Shown here piece by piece: positions 1 through 9,675 of a stretch of 33,159 nt of DNA. The stretch is from an uncultured Sphingobium sp. (GTDB taxonomy: Bacteria; Pseudomonadota; Alphaproteobacteria; Sphingomonadales; Sphingomonadaceae): contig CBIMKI010000001.1 of the NCBI GenBank assembly GCA_966244395.1, positions 1 through 33,159 of the forward strand, in the 5' to 3' direction. The notes beneath the pieces are model-generated. The model was not told the DNA's origin. It ran no database searches and saw nothing but the letters and a program-made list of their open reading frames with translations. The translations under genes were made by a program, and so were the position numbers. How positions within the stretch are numbered: position 1 is the stretch's first letter; each line of letters opens with the position of its first letter.

Positions 1-1272
1 AGCCGCGCGCGCCTCTTTACGATCATGCGCGAGGAATTCGACGCCATCGAGGCTTAATTCTCCACGCCTCGCCGCTCCACCATCGCGACCGCCGACGACG
101 GCATCGAGGACGAGGATCTCATCGAGCGCGAGGACATGGTCGTGACCGTGACCATGCAGGGCTATATCAAGCGCACTACGCTCGACACCTTCCGCGCGCA
201 GAACCGCGGCGGCAAGGGCCGCGCGGGTATGGCGACGAAGGATGAGGACATCATCACCGAGATGTTCGTCACCTCGACGCACAATCCGGTGCTGTTCTTC
301 TCCACCCACGGCAAGGTCTATCGCCTCAAGGTCTGGCGCCTGCCCGAGGGCGGCCCGGCGACGCGTGGGCGGCCAATGGTGAACCTGCTGCCGCTCGCCG
401 AGGGCGAGACGATCCAGACCGTGCTGCCGCTGCCCGAGGACGAGGCGGAGTGGGCGAACCTGCATGTCATGTTCGCTACCGCCAAGGGATCGGTGCGCCG
501 CAATAGCATGGACGCCTTCGCCAACGTGCCGTCCAACGGCAAGATCGCGATGAAGTTTGAGGGCGACGATGCGGATGATCGGCTGATCGGCGTGGCGCTG
601 CTGAGCGAGGAGGACGACGTGCTGCTCGCCTCGCGCCAAGGCAAGGCCATTCGTTTCCGCGCGGACGACGTGCGCGAGTTCCAGAGCCGCAACTCCACCG
701 GCGTGCGCGGCATGACGCTTAAGGAACGCGACGAGGTCATCTCGCTTTCTATCCTGCATCGCGCCGGCATCCGGGACATGGACGAGCGCGAGGATTATCT
801 GCGCTTCGCCCCGTGGAAAGCCGAGAAGGAAGGCGAGCCCGTGATGGGCGCCGAGCGCTTCGAGGAGCTGCGCGCGCGCGAACAGTTCATCCTCACCGTC
901 TGCGCCAATGGCTATGGCAAGCTCTCGTCGGCGTTCGAGTATCGGCGGACCGGGCGCGGTGGCCAAGGCATCACCAATATCGACAATATCGAGCGCAACG
1001 GCCTCGTCGTGGCGAGCTTCCCAGCCCATCAGGTGGATCAGCTCATGCTCGTCACCGATCAGGCCAAGCTCATCCGCATCGGCCTCTCCAGCCTGCGCGT
1101 CATCGGTCGCGGTTCGGCGGGCGTGCGCCTGTTCGACGTCGCCGACAACGAACATGTGGTGAGCGTCGCACGGATCGAAGACAGTTCGCAGGACGATGCG
1201 GTCGAAGAGACGACTGATGACACGCCGATGGCAGACGCGCCCGTGACGGATGCGCCGGACAGCGAGAGCTGA
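1..1272 (+). CDS. gyrA: DNA gyrase subunit A, 3' part (5'-truncated by the window; in-frame TAA at 55-57)
   Basis: GyrA-box QNRGGKG, C-terminal pinwheel repeats (VVTVTMQGYIKR, RGGQG) and acidic tail. Frame 1 reads GyrA-like on both sides of the stop: IMREEFDAIEA*FSTPRRS...IEDEDLIERED. Confidence 0.95.
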
Positions 1273-1410
1273 TCCGGCCGCCGGAGCCCGTCTGCGGGGT
1301 CAAAGCAAGAAATTTCCTGGTTAAGGGACGCTCAACACTAAGCTGTGGGCGTCCCGTGCCGTTCTGCATCCTGTGGGTAGGCGATTGCAGAACATGAGGG
1401 ATTCGCACCG

Positions 1411-1857
1411 ATGCACAAGCCCAAGGTATACATCATCGATGATTCCCTGATTTTCAGGGCAATGCTGGAGACCATGATTGCGCAGGACCCGGCCTTCGAG
1501 GTCTGTGGGATCGCGGCGAGCGCTGATGCAGCGCGCGACGATATCGGCTGGGTGTTGCCCGACATCGTGCTGCTCGACCTCAACATGCCCGGCACGCACG
1601 GCCTGGATTTCCTCGAGGAACTCGACGAGCACTGGCATGCCATGAACGTGGTCGTCCTTTCCGGCGATACCAAGCAGGGCGCCGACATTTGCGAACAGGC
1701 CTTCGTTCGCGGAGCCGCCGCGTGCTTCGACAAGGGGCGCGTCATCATGTCCGGTGAGGACTTGATCGAGCTGATGCGCGGCCTCTCACGCCGCGATCCG
1801 CTCGACGATCATCTGATGAGCCGCGCAATCAGCCTGCCGAGCGTCAGCTATATTTGA
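1411..1857 (+). CDS. Stand-alone response regulator receiver protein (CheB/CheY-like REC domain)
   Basis: VYIIDDS, PDIVLLDLNMP and VVVLSG receiver motifs; no output domain. Confidence 0.85.
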   Translation: MHKPKVYIIDDSLIFRAMLETMIAQDPAFEVCGIAASADAARDDIGWVLPDIVLLDLNMPGTHGLDFLEELDEHWHAMNVVVLSGDTKQGADICEQAFVRGAAACFDKGRVIMSGEDLIELMRGLSRRDPLDDHLMSRAISLPSVSYI

Positions 1858-1885
1858 GGCGTCTCGCCCCGTCCCGCTCGCCTTT

Positions 1886-1939
1886 CGTCATCCCGGCGGA
1901 AGGCGGCGCCTGTGGATCCCCGCCTTCGCCGGAATGACG
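1886..1939. repeat. REP-like palindromic element between convergent genes (possible bidirectional terminator)
   Basis: cgtcatcccggcggaaggcgg ... ccgccttcgccggaatgacg is an imperfect inverted repeat of the GTCATCCCGGC..TGGATCCC..GCCGGAATGAC type common in alphaproteobacteria. Confidence 0.7.
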
Positions 1940-1957
1940 GATGAATAGGACTGCGCC

Positions 1958-2458
1958 CTACAACATATAAAGATCGGCCACTGTCGGGATGCAGTCGTTC
2001 ATGAGCGTGATGGTCTTGGCGGCGATCAGCCAGGCCCTGCCGTCATGCCTGAAGACATGCCGATAATGCCCGAAAAACACATGGATTCTGTCGGCGCGCG
2101 GATCATGATGGTGGGCCGTGAACGACGAGAGGACGACCGTCTCCCCCGCCCCGCCCGGCTCGACGATGACATTGCCGACGAGATGCGCGACGCGAGCGGG
2201 AATCTCCGAGGCATTGGAAAGGCCAGAGCCGAGGCGCCAGATGCGGTCCGCGAGGTTCTGCTTGCCCTGATAATAGATGAGCGAGAGTTCGGTGTCGGGG
2301 TCGCTGGTGGGTGTGGTTTCGTCCTTCCAGGCCGGCATCCAGAAGACGACATCCTCGGCATACATGGCGAGCCAGTCGTCGAAGCGGCGCTCGTCCAGCG
2401 CGCGGGCCTCGCGATAGAGCAGGTCTTCCGCGTCCGATCGAGTCAGGTGCGCACTCAT
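1958..2458 (-). CDS. Aromatic ring-hydroxylating dioxygenase beta subunit (BenB/AntB-like)
   Basis: LYREARALDERRFDDWL..FWMP motif; ATG at 2458 overlaps the alpha-subunit TGA (ATGA coupling). Confidence 0.9.
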   Translation of the reverse strand: MSAHLTRSDAEDLLYREARALDERRFDDWLAMYAEDVVFWMPAWKDETTPTSDPDTELSLIYYQGKQNLADRIWRLGSGLSNASEIPARVAHLVGNVIVEPGGAGETVVLSSFTAHHHDPRADRIHVFFGHYRHVFRHDGRAWLIAAKTITLMNDCIPTVADLYML

Positions 2459-3858
2459 GCTGCGAAGGCTCCAGCCATCCGCCGCGACCATTCGCGATAA
2501 TAGCTCTGATAGACCGTCTCGTCGCACAGGCGCGAATTGCCCTCGATCGACCATTCAGGTCGAAGGCCAATGCGTTGCGCGAGCGGACTGGCCCCCTCCT
2601 GCCGCTTGGCTATGCCGCGTGCATAGCCTTGCAGCCAGGGCGCGACCTTCCCGGCGAAGCCGCGCTGGCAATCCTCATAGGCGACCGTGTCGTCCGGCGT
2701 TGCCATGCCGGATGGATTGAAGAAATCCTCATATTGGCGAATGCGCTGGCGCCGCGCGTCGAGGCTCTCGCCCTTGGGACCGATGCACCAGGTGCGCATC
2801 CGCGTGCGATTGGGGCCGAGCGGCTCGATGACGCGAAGCTGGCTCGAGGCGTTCTCCGCCACCTGAAGATTGGGGAAGAGCGTCAGGTTGCGCATGTTGA
2901 ACATCCAGTCGCGCCGCGCCTCGCCATGCTTCTGCGCCAGCCAGTCCGACCGCTCGAACAGAGCCGAGGCGGAGGAAGGCGCCGCAAGGCCGAAATTGAG
3001 CACATGGCCGTGTGCGAAACTGAACGTCCCCGAGACGATCTCGTCATCCTCGCCGGACCAATGGCGCTGCGAATCCATGGCCGAGGTGAAACTGGTGCCG
3101 GAGGCCGCCTGCGCCGCCTTGCGCCGCTCAAGCAGACGGATGTAGCTCGGATGCGCCGAGGTGAAGTGGTAATTATCCGAGCAATTCTCGAGCTGGAGCT
3201 TCCAGTTGCCTTCATAAGTGAAGCTGACGGCGCCCGGAATGGCCTCGACCCCCTCCTCGCTCTGATCGGCGATGAGATCGAGCAGCATCGCCGTCTCGCC
3301 CAGCCAGTCCATGAGCGGCGGCACATCGGCCGTGACACTGCCGAACACGAAGCCCTTGTAGGCGCCGAAGGCCGGCAGAGCCGCGAGATCGTGGCTGTCG
3401 GCATCGAAACCGGGCGTATAGCAGCCGCCCTGCTTCCACTTGATGCCCTTGTTGCGGCCCGTACTGTCGAACGACCAGCTATGATAGGGGCAGACGAGCT
3501 GGCGCGCATGGCCGCAGCCGGCATGCGCTATTTTCGCGCCCTTGTGCGGGCAACTGTTGACGAAACCGCGCAGCATCCCGTCCCCGCCGCGCATCACCAA
3601 CGCGGGCACGCGACCGATATTGACGGTGAAATAATCATGGGGACCGGCAGCCTGACTTTCGAGACCGAGGAAAACCCACCCGCCCTCGAAGATGTGCCGC
3701 ATCTCCAGCTCGAAAATAGCCGGATCGTCGAACATGGCGCGGTGGATGCGGAAGACGCCGTCCCCCGGACGATCGTCGATCAGCTCATCGAGGCTCTGCA
3801 ATGGCTCTCTCCCGCGCATCTCATTGTCGGTCCTTCTTGGCGCGCCAAGGCCCGTCAA
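2455..3858 (-). CDS. Rieske aromatic ring-hydroxylating dioxygenase alpha subunit (benzoate/anthranilate-like); start may be at 3819
   Basis: Rieske CPHKG...CPYHSW; mononuclear iron motif ENCSDNYHFTSAH; RIRQYEDFFNPSGMATPDD typical of the BenA/AntA group. Confidence 0.9.
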   Translation of the reverse strand: MTGLGAPRRTDNEMRGREPLQSLDELIDDRPGDGVFRIHRAMFDDPAIFELEMRHIFEGGWVFLGLESQAAGPHDYFTVNIGRVPALVMRGGDGMLRGFVNSCPHKGAKIAHAGCGHARQLVCPYHSWSFDSTGRNKGIKWKQGGCYTPGFDADSHDLAALPAFGAYKGFVFGSVTADVPPLMDWLGETAMLLDLIADQSEEGVEAIPGAVSFTYEGNWKLQLENCSDNYHFTSAHPSYIRLLERRKAAQAASGTSFTSAMDSQRHWSGEDDEIVSGTFSFAHGHVLNFGLAAPSSASALFERSDWLAQKHGEARRDWMFNMRNLTLFPNLQVAENASSQLRVIEPLGPNRTRMRTWCIGPKGESLDARRQRIRQYEDFFNPSGMATPDDTVAYEDCQRGFAGKVAPWLQGYARGIAKRQEGASPLAQRIGLRPEWSIEGNSRLCDETVYQSYYREWSRRMAGAFAA

Positions 3859-3875
3859 TGCAAGCGCCCGTGCGA

Positions 3876-4079
3876 TCAGATGAGCGTTTCGGCGCCCTTG
3901 AGCCCACGAATCTGCCGCGCGATCAGCCAGCTTGCCGGCAGGCCGAGCAGAACGCCGGCGGCCGCGCCAAGCAGGATCGGCCAGCCCGTATCGAGTCCCA
4001 CGGCGAGAACGACAATCATGCCCATCCCCATCAGGATCGGCCCGACGAAGCTGAACAACAACATGGTGAGCCTGAACAT
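3876..4079 (-). CDS. Small two-helix membrane protein (67 aa)
   Basis: GGAGAG RBS before ATG 4079; two hydrophobic segments. Confidence 0.7.
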   Translation of the reverse strand: MFRLTMLLFSFVGPILMGMGMIVVLAVGLDTGWPILLGAAAGVLLGLPASWLIARQIRGLKGAETLI

Positions 4080-4205
4080 GCTTGCTCTCCCGGCAACGGA
4101 ATCATCTCGGTGTCTAGCCTGCCAGACTGGCGAGCAGACGCATTGATCGGGGTCAAGGCGTGGCGGCGCTTGACTTGGGCGAGACAAAGGCTCTCAACGC
4201 GGATC

Positions 4206-4409
4206 ATGGCTGAGAACGGCGACATCATTACGCTGGAAGGCACGCTCATTCGCGATGGCGCGGGATTCGCGCTGCGGGCGGAGCGTGGCGCGATCTACCA
4301 TCTGCACCTGCACCGCGTGCCGGTCGACCATGTGGAGAAGCGCGTGCGGGTGACCGGCACTCTTATCGCCGAGAGGCTGATCGAGGCGGACGGCGTGGCG
4401 CCCGCCTGA
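4206..4409 (+). CDS. Small hypothetical protein, DUF5818-like
   Basis: LEGTLIRDGAGFALR...VDHVEKRVRVTG resembles the sphingomonad DUF5818 family; ATG at 4206. Confidence 0.65.
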   Translation: MAENGDIITLEGTLIRDGAGFALRAERGAIYHLHLHRVPVDHVEKRVRVTGTLIAERLIEADGVAPA

Positions 4410-4714
4410 CCCCGTCGTTTCGCGCGCATTTACGCACATGCCGTGAGCGGTGCCAACGACAATGGCCCTGCATTATATTTCGGAAGATCGCGGCATCACA
4501 TCACGCCACCGGCGCTGCCTACTATCAGGGGACGCGCTGCCGCCGGACGGGATGGAGGACGACCGGAAGCTGAAGTCCGCGACCTGCTCGAAATCTGCTC
4601 GCAGGCAGGCATCGCCCTTTAACTGCGCAGCCGGAACCTCGCCGAGATAATTGCCCTAAAAGGCGCGGAAAAGTCCCGGCTCCTCTCTATCTCTCAAAGG
4701 CCCAGCCCTGCCCT

Positions 4715-5419
4715 TCAGCGATTGCCCGTGGGCATGCTGGCCGCAGCGCCCGTCAACTGCACGGTCGACACCGCAGCGGTCGTCCGGGCGGCCCGCGCGA
4801 GTGCGCCATCCGGATCCCGCAGCCCCGCCGCCTTGTTGATTTCCCAAAGATGGGTCGTCGCACGGCCGGTCAATATGTCTGCTGTCGCAGCTTCCACCTC
4901 GGCCAGGATCGTGCGCGAGATGGCGCAAAAGCGCTCGCGAGTCAGCGTGCCCGAATAGCCATTGTAGACCCTGGTCATATGGTCGTCATAGGCGTCCTGC
5001 CAGGTCTTCCCGCCCGTGAGCTTGTAGCGATCGACCACCGCCTGATTGGCTGCGGCGAGCAACGGCTTGTGCTGCGTCAGCAAGCGGTTGTAGCTCGCGA
5101 TCATGACCTCCCGGTCGGCATCCCGGCAGAGCAGGACGGCCACGTTCAGCGCGGAGCGCAGATGCCAGAGATCTTCCTCCCGGCTCTCGCCGATCAATGT
5201 CGGCGCCAGCTCGATGTGAGGCAGCGGGATCATGACCGGCGGCGGAGGCGGAGGCGGCGGAAGAGACACGACCGGCACCTCGATCTTCTTCGGTCCGCAA
5301 CTTGCCAGAAGAAGCGGGCCGAACGCCAAGCCCACCATCGCGAAGGATTTGATGACATTCCGTTTCACCACCGTCTCCCTTGATGCCGGCAACCGCTGAG
5401 TGCTTCCGCCCGCCAACAT
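4715..5419 (-). CDS. Hypothetical proline-rich lipoprotein (true start may be downstream)
   Basis: Lipobox-like LLLASC, poly-Pro linker, conserved-looking LWHLRSALNVAVLLC segment. Confidence 0.75.
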   Translation of the reverse strand: MLAGGSTQRLPASRETVVKRNVIKSFAMVGLAFGPLLLASCGPKKIEVPVVSLPPPPPPPPVMIPLPHIELAPTLIGESREEDLWHLRSALNVAVLLCRDADREVMIASYNRLLTQHKPLLAAANQAVVDRYKLTGGKTWQDAYDDHMTRVYNGYSGTLTRERFCAISRTILAEVEAATADILTGRATTHLWEINKAAGLRDPDGALARAARTTAAVSTVQLTGAAASMPTGNR

Positions 5420-5523
5420 GCGGCTGTCATTGCTTCATCTTCCGACCGGCGGAGCGATATCATGCTGACCGCCGCATTCATAACATGTCCGGTGAGCCTC
5501 ATATGCGATAAAAAGCGCTTGGT

Positions 5524-5558
5524 CAGCCCCAGATTGATCTTGCAGCGGACTGGGGCTG
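5524..5558. terminator. Inverted repeat downstream of the histidine kinase gene
   Basis: cagccccag...ctggggctg 9-bp stem; no clear U-tract. Confidence 0.3.
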
Positions 5559-5610
5559 TCCTTCCCTCTTCGTCGCGCCCACGCTCAAAGCCGATTTGCC
5601 GAATCCAAAC

Positions 5611-6960
5611 TTAAGAGAAGCGAAGGTCACGATCGCCAAGAGGCAACGCCAAACGGAATATCGCGCCCTGAGGAAGCCGTCGCGCGGTCAGTTCGCCGCC
5701 ATGGGCAATGGCGATCTGACGGGCCACAGCGAGGCCGATACCCGAACCTTCGGTCTTGGTGGTGAAGAAGGGCGTAAACACCTGCTCGGCCCCGTGTTCC
5801 GGCAGGCCGGTGCCGTTGTCGCACACGTCGATCAGGATGCGGTGACCCTGTGCGTGACAGTTCAGGTCAATCCGCGGGTCGACCGTGTCGGCAACGGCTT
5901 CAACGGCATTTTTCAGCAGGTTGATGAGAGCTTGCTGTAACAGATCCGGGTCGGCGCGAACCGTAAGGTTCGCAGGGTCAACATTGCGATGATAAGCCAG
6001 CATGCGGCCGCCCGCATATTCAACGACGAGCCGGTCGAGTTCACCAAGCAGCGGGTCGAGTGGCAGACACCTCAACTGTGGCTCGGCAATTTCGGCGATG
6101 CGGCGATAGCGCTCCACGAAACGCATCAGGCCGGCGCTGCGGCGGGCGATGACATCGGCAGCCACCTGCGCCTCCTGCGATGCGCGCGGGGCCGGAGCCG
6201 CCAGCAGCCGTTGAAGGCTCTCTGAGAGCGAGACCACCGGCGTTAGCGAGTTCATCATCTCATGCGAAAGAACGCGGACCAGATCCTGCCAGGCCTGGTT
6301 CTCGACCGCGGAGAGTTCGCCGGACAGGCTCTGGAGGGAAATAAGCCGCTGCGGCCTGTCCTCGGCGCCGCGGAACAAGGCCACGGCCGCCAGCATGCGC
6401 CGGCCATCGGCCAGAAGGACGATCTCGCGCGCGCCCACACCGAGATCTGTCAGCCGTGCCGCCGCGCCGGGGCCGATCGCCGCCACATCGGCAAGCCGCT
6501 TTACTGCCTCACCGGCCAGAGCGCGTGCAGCCCGGTTGGCCAGCCTCACGTCTCCGGCCGGATGCACAATGAACAAGGCGGCATCCAGCGTATCGAGCAG
6601 TGCGTCCAACTCCTGCGCTCGTCGCGCCTGCCCCCGGCGATCACGCGTCAGTCGCTCGGAGGCACGGTTCAGCGCCTCGCCCAAGGCCGGAAAGTGGCGC
6701 GCTGCCGCCGTCGTCGGCGTATCGAATGCGCCAGCGGCAATCGAATCGACGAAATCGGCATAGAGGCGGTCGGCGGTTCGAGCCGTCCGTAACAGGCTGA
6801 ACGCAACAAGCGCCGCCGCAGCAAGCAGGATCAGCGCCGTCGCATAATAATGCGCGCGGGATAAAGCGAGAAATGCGGCGAATGCCAGAGCCCCAATGAG
6901 GGCGGCTTTCAGCGCCACCACGAGGGCAAAGCGCGAAACGGCTCGCGCGTTAGAGGCCAT
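5611..6960 (-). CDS. Membrane sensor histidine kinase (2 TM, PAS-like, HisKA, HATPase)
   Basis: H-box VLSHEMMNSLTP, N-box LINLLKNAVEA, G boxes DNGTG, FTPFFTTK and GSGIGL. Confidence 0.93.
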   Translation of the reverse strand: MASNARAVSRFALVVALKAALIGALAFAAFLALSRAHYYATALILLAAAALVAFSLLRTARTADRLYADFVDSIAAGAFDTPTTAAARHFPALGEALNRASERLTRDRRGQARRAQELDALLDTLDAALFIVHPAGDVRLANRAARALAGEAVKRLADVAAIGPGAAARLTDLGVGAREIVLLADGRRMLAAVALFRGAEDRPQRLISLQSLSGELSAVENQAWQDLVRVLSHEMMNSLTPVVSLSESLQRLLAAPAPRASQEAQVAADVIARRSAGLMRFVERYRRIAEIAEPQLRCLPLDPLLGELDRLVVEYAGGRMLAYHRNVDPANLTVRADPDLLQQALINLLKNAVEAVADTVDPRIDLNCHAQGHRILIDVCDNGTGLPEHGAEQVFTPFFTTKTEGSGIGLAVARQIAIAHGGELTARRLPQGAIFRLALPLGDRDLRFS

Positions 6961-7498
6961 GTTTCGCCATGCGGCGTGTCAACGCCCAGCGCGTGAGGCC
7001 GAGCGCGGTGGCCGCATGGCTGACATTGCCGTCATGGCGCTGGAGAGCGCGCGCGATCATCTGCCGTTCCGCCGTATCCAGACTGAAATCGTCACGCTCC
7101 GCGCGGCGTGATCGGCTGAGCGCAGTGGCGGCTTCCAGCGCGTGGAGCAGCGCATCGTTGCGCCAAGGCTTGAGCACGAAGTCGACAGCGCCGCGCTTCA
7201 GCGCCTCGACCGCCAGCGACACGCGACCATAGCTGGTCATCAGGACGACACTGAGCGTGGAATCAAATGTCAGGATCCGGTCGAGCACATCCAGCCCAGC
7301 CTGGCCCCTCTGCTCGCCGGGCGCAAAGTTCATGTCGAGCAGAAGCACATCATAGATGCGGTCTCGCAACATGGCATCGATGTCGGCGGGATCGAAGATG
7401 AGGTCAATGCGCTGCGCATCGCGCGAAAGGGCGATAGTGGCGGCTTTCAATATGTCCGGATCGTCGTCCAGGATCAGGAGAGTTCCGATTCTGCTCAT
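6950..7498 (-). CDS. Response regulator, REC + Fis-type HTH (no AAA+ domain)
   Basis: LILDDD, LLLDMNF and DFVLKPW, followed directly by GNVSHAATALGLTRWALTRRM. Confidence 0.9.
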   Translation of the reverse strand: MSRIGTLLILDDDPDILKAATIALSRDAQRIDLIFDPADIDAMLRDRIYDVLLLDMNFAPGEQRGQAGLDVLDRILTFDSTLSVVLMTSYGRVSLAVEALKRGAVDFVLKPWRNDALLHALEAATALSRSRRAERDDFSLDTAERQMIARALQRHDGNVSHAATALGLTRWALTRRMAKHGL

Positions 7499-7706
7499 AG
7501 ACGCAGCATAGAATGATCTGCCCGATTGCGGAAAAGGAACGAGATCAATGGCTTGGCCTCATCCGCCCGGTTCGCGGACGTCGTTGCCGAGCATTTTCGC
7601 ACACGGGGGCGGCGTCCTTCCCTTCCGGCTAGGCATCAAGCCGTTGATCTTGCGTCGGTTCTTCTCTGCGCCCGCGCAACATATAATCTGCGGGCAAGGA
7701 GGGGCA

Positions 7707-8972
7707 ATGACCAGTGAAATGGATCGGGCGATACACCGGCCCTGGTACAGGCGACGCACGGCGATGGCCGGGGGCGGCACGGTGGGCGTCGTGGCGCTCG
7801 TCCTCCTCGGTCTGTTCCTCTGGCCGGCCGAACGATCCATCCGCGTGCGCGCCGCGACCGTCACCATCGACACCGTCCAGCGCGGTATCTTCCATGACGA
7901 TACCACGCTCCAGGGCAAGGTGGTGCCGCGCGATGTCGTCTATCTCGATGCGCTGGAAGGCGGGCAGGTCCAGAAGGTGCTGGTCCATGCCGGCGACCGC
8001 GTCACGGCGGGCCAGCCGCTCATCGTCTTCCGCAACACCCAGCTGGAACTCAATGTGATGGAGCGCGAGGCGCGACTGGTCGAATCCATAACTCAACTCC
8101 AGAGCTTCGAGAAGCAACTTGAACAGAATCGGGTGGAGAATGAAAAGACGCTCGCCCAGATCGACTATAACATCCAGCGGCTCGGCCGGATGGCGGAGCG
8201 TCGCGCGCCGCTGGTGGCGGCGGGCTACATTCCGCGCGAGCAGAGCGAGCAGATCGAGGACGAGTTGGCGCACAACCAGCGGCTTCTTCCGCTCCAGGCC
8301 GAGACCAACCGCCGCCAGGAAGCCCTGCGCATGCGCCAGATGCCCGGCATACGCACAGAGCTGACAGGCCTGCAGCAGAGCCTGGAACTCACCCGTGCGA
8401 AGCTGGGCGATCTGGTGGTGCGCGCGCCGGTCTCCGGCCAGTTGACGGCCATGAGCCTGCAGCCGGGCGAAAACCGCAATCATGGCGACCGTCTGGGCAT
8501 GATTACGCGCGATACCGGCTTCAAGATCGCCGCCTCGGTCGACGAATATTATCTCGGGCGCGTGCGCGCGGGGCTGCTCGCCACCATCGATCTCGACGGG
8601 CGCAGCATCCGCCTGGTGGCCGAGCGCATCTATCCGGAAGTGCAAAACGGCGTCTTCACGGTCGATCTCGCCTTTAGGGGAGCGCCGCCGGCCGGGTTGC
8701 TGCCCGGCCAGGCCGTGCAGGGCAAGATCGCGCTGGGCGCGGACCGGACGGGGCTGCTGCTGCCCGCCGGGGCCTTTCTGGAGCGCTCGGGCGGGGATTA
8801 TGCCTTCGTGGTGACGCCGGACGGGCGCCGTGCCGAACGGCGCCGGATCAAGCTCGGACGGCGCAATACCGAGCAGGTGGAAGTGCTCGGTGGCATCCAG
8901 GCGGGCGAGCGCGTCATCACATCCGATTATCAGGGTTTCGAGAAGGTCGACCGCGTCGATCTTCGGCAATGA
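7707..8972 (+). CDS. Efflux periplasmic adaptor / membrane fusion protein (MacA/HlyD-like)
   Basis: AAGGAGG RBS before ATG 7707; N-terminal TM, lipoyl-like GGQVQKVLVHAGDRV, coiled coil, VRAPVSG. Confidence 0.9.
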   Translation: MTSEMDRAIHRPWYRRRTAMAGGGTVGVVALVLLGLFLWPAERSIRVRAATVTIDTVQRGIFHDDTTLQGKVVPRDVVYLDALEGGQVQKVLVHAGDRVTAGQPLIVFRNTQLELNVMEREARLVESITQLQSFEKQLEQNRVENEKTLAQIDYNIQRLGRMAERRAPLVAAGYIPREQSEQIEDELAHNQRLLPLQAETNRRQEALRMRQMPGIRTELTGLQQSLELTRAKLGDLVVRAPVSGQLTAMSLQPGENRNHGDRLGMITRDTGFKIAASVDEYYLGRVRAGLLATIDLDGRSIRLVAERIYPEVQNGVFTVDLAFRGAPPAGLLPGQAVQGKIALGADRTGLLLPAGAFLERSGGDYAFVVTPDGRRAERRRIKLGRRNTEQVEVLGGIQAGERVITSDYQGFEKVDRVDLRQ

Positions 8973-8984
8973 GGGGACAAGAGC

Positions 8985-9665
8985 ATGCTGCGGCTGGACA
9001 ATATATCCAAGGTCTATCGAACCGCCGACGTGGAAACGCACGCGCTCGACGGCATCTCGATGGAGATTGGGCCGGGTGAGTTCGTGGCCATCATGGGACC
9101 CTCGGGTTGCGGCAAGTCAACCCTGCTCAACATTCTCGGCCTGCTCTATCAGCCCACGGACGGGCGCTATGACTTCTTCGGTGAGGAGGTCGCCCAACAG
9201 ACCGAGCGCAAGCTCACCCGGTTGCGGCGCAGCCATATCGGCTTTGTCTTCCAGAGTTTCAACCTGATCGATGATCTCAGCATTGCCGACAATGTGGAGG
9301 TCGGCCTCATCTATCGCGGCGTGCCCCCACGCGAGCGCAAGCGGCTGGTGGAGAGCACGTTGGAGAAGGTCGGCATCGCCCACCGCGCCCGCCACCGGCC
9401 GCAGCAGCTCTCCGGTGGCCAGCAACAGCGCGCCGCAGTGGCCAGGGCGCTGGTGTCCTCACCCCAGTTGATCCTGGCGGACGAGCCCACAGGCAATCTC
9501 GACACGGCCAATGGCGAGGCCGTCATGGGCCTTCTCAAGCAAGCCGCGAGCGAGGGCGTCACAGTGGTGATGGTCACCCATTCACTGGCCCACGCGGCCG
9601 AGGCACAGCGCGCCATCCGGCTGCTCGACGGGCGGCTCGTCTCCGAAACCCAATTGGCGGCTTGA
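8985..9665 (+). CDS. ABC transporter ATP-binding protein (MacB/LolD-like)
   Basis: Walker A GPSGCGKST, signature LSGGQQQR, Walker B ILADEPTGNLD. Confidence 0.95.
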   Translation: MLRLDNISKVYRTADVETHALDGISMEIGPGEFVAIMGPSGCGKSTLLNILGLLYQPTDGRYDFFGEEVAQQTERKLTRLRRSHIGFVFQSFNLIDDLSIADNVEVGLIYRGVPPRERKRLVESTLEKVGIAHRARHRPQQLSGGQQQRAAVARALVSSPQLILADEPTGNLDTANGEAVMGLLKQAASEGVTVVMVTHSLAHAAEAQRAIRLLDGRLVSETQLAA

Positions 9666-9675
9666 GGGGAGGCAG

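Noticed and set aside
2311-4146. 611-aa plus-strand ORF and other long antisense ORFs (e.g. 7629-9041, 20072-21103, 30546-31901, 30703-32151)
   Set aside because: Shadow ORFs opposite well-supported genes in high-GC DNA; no recognisable motifs.
5236-5260. ggcggcggaggcggaggcggcgg tandem repeat
   Set aside because: Simply encodes the poly-proline linker of the lipoprotein.
9144-9152. LLYQP after Walker A where LLDxP is usual
   Set aside because: A single GAT to TAT change; could be a sequencing error or neutral variant, with no further support.
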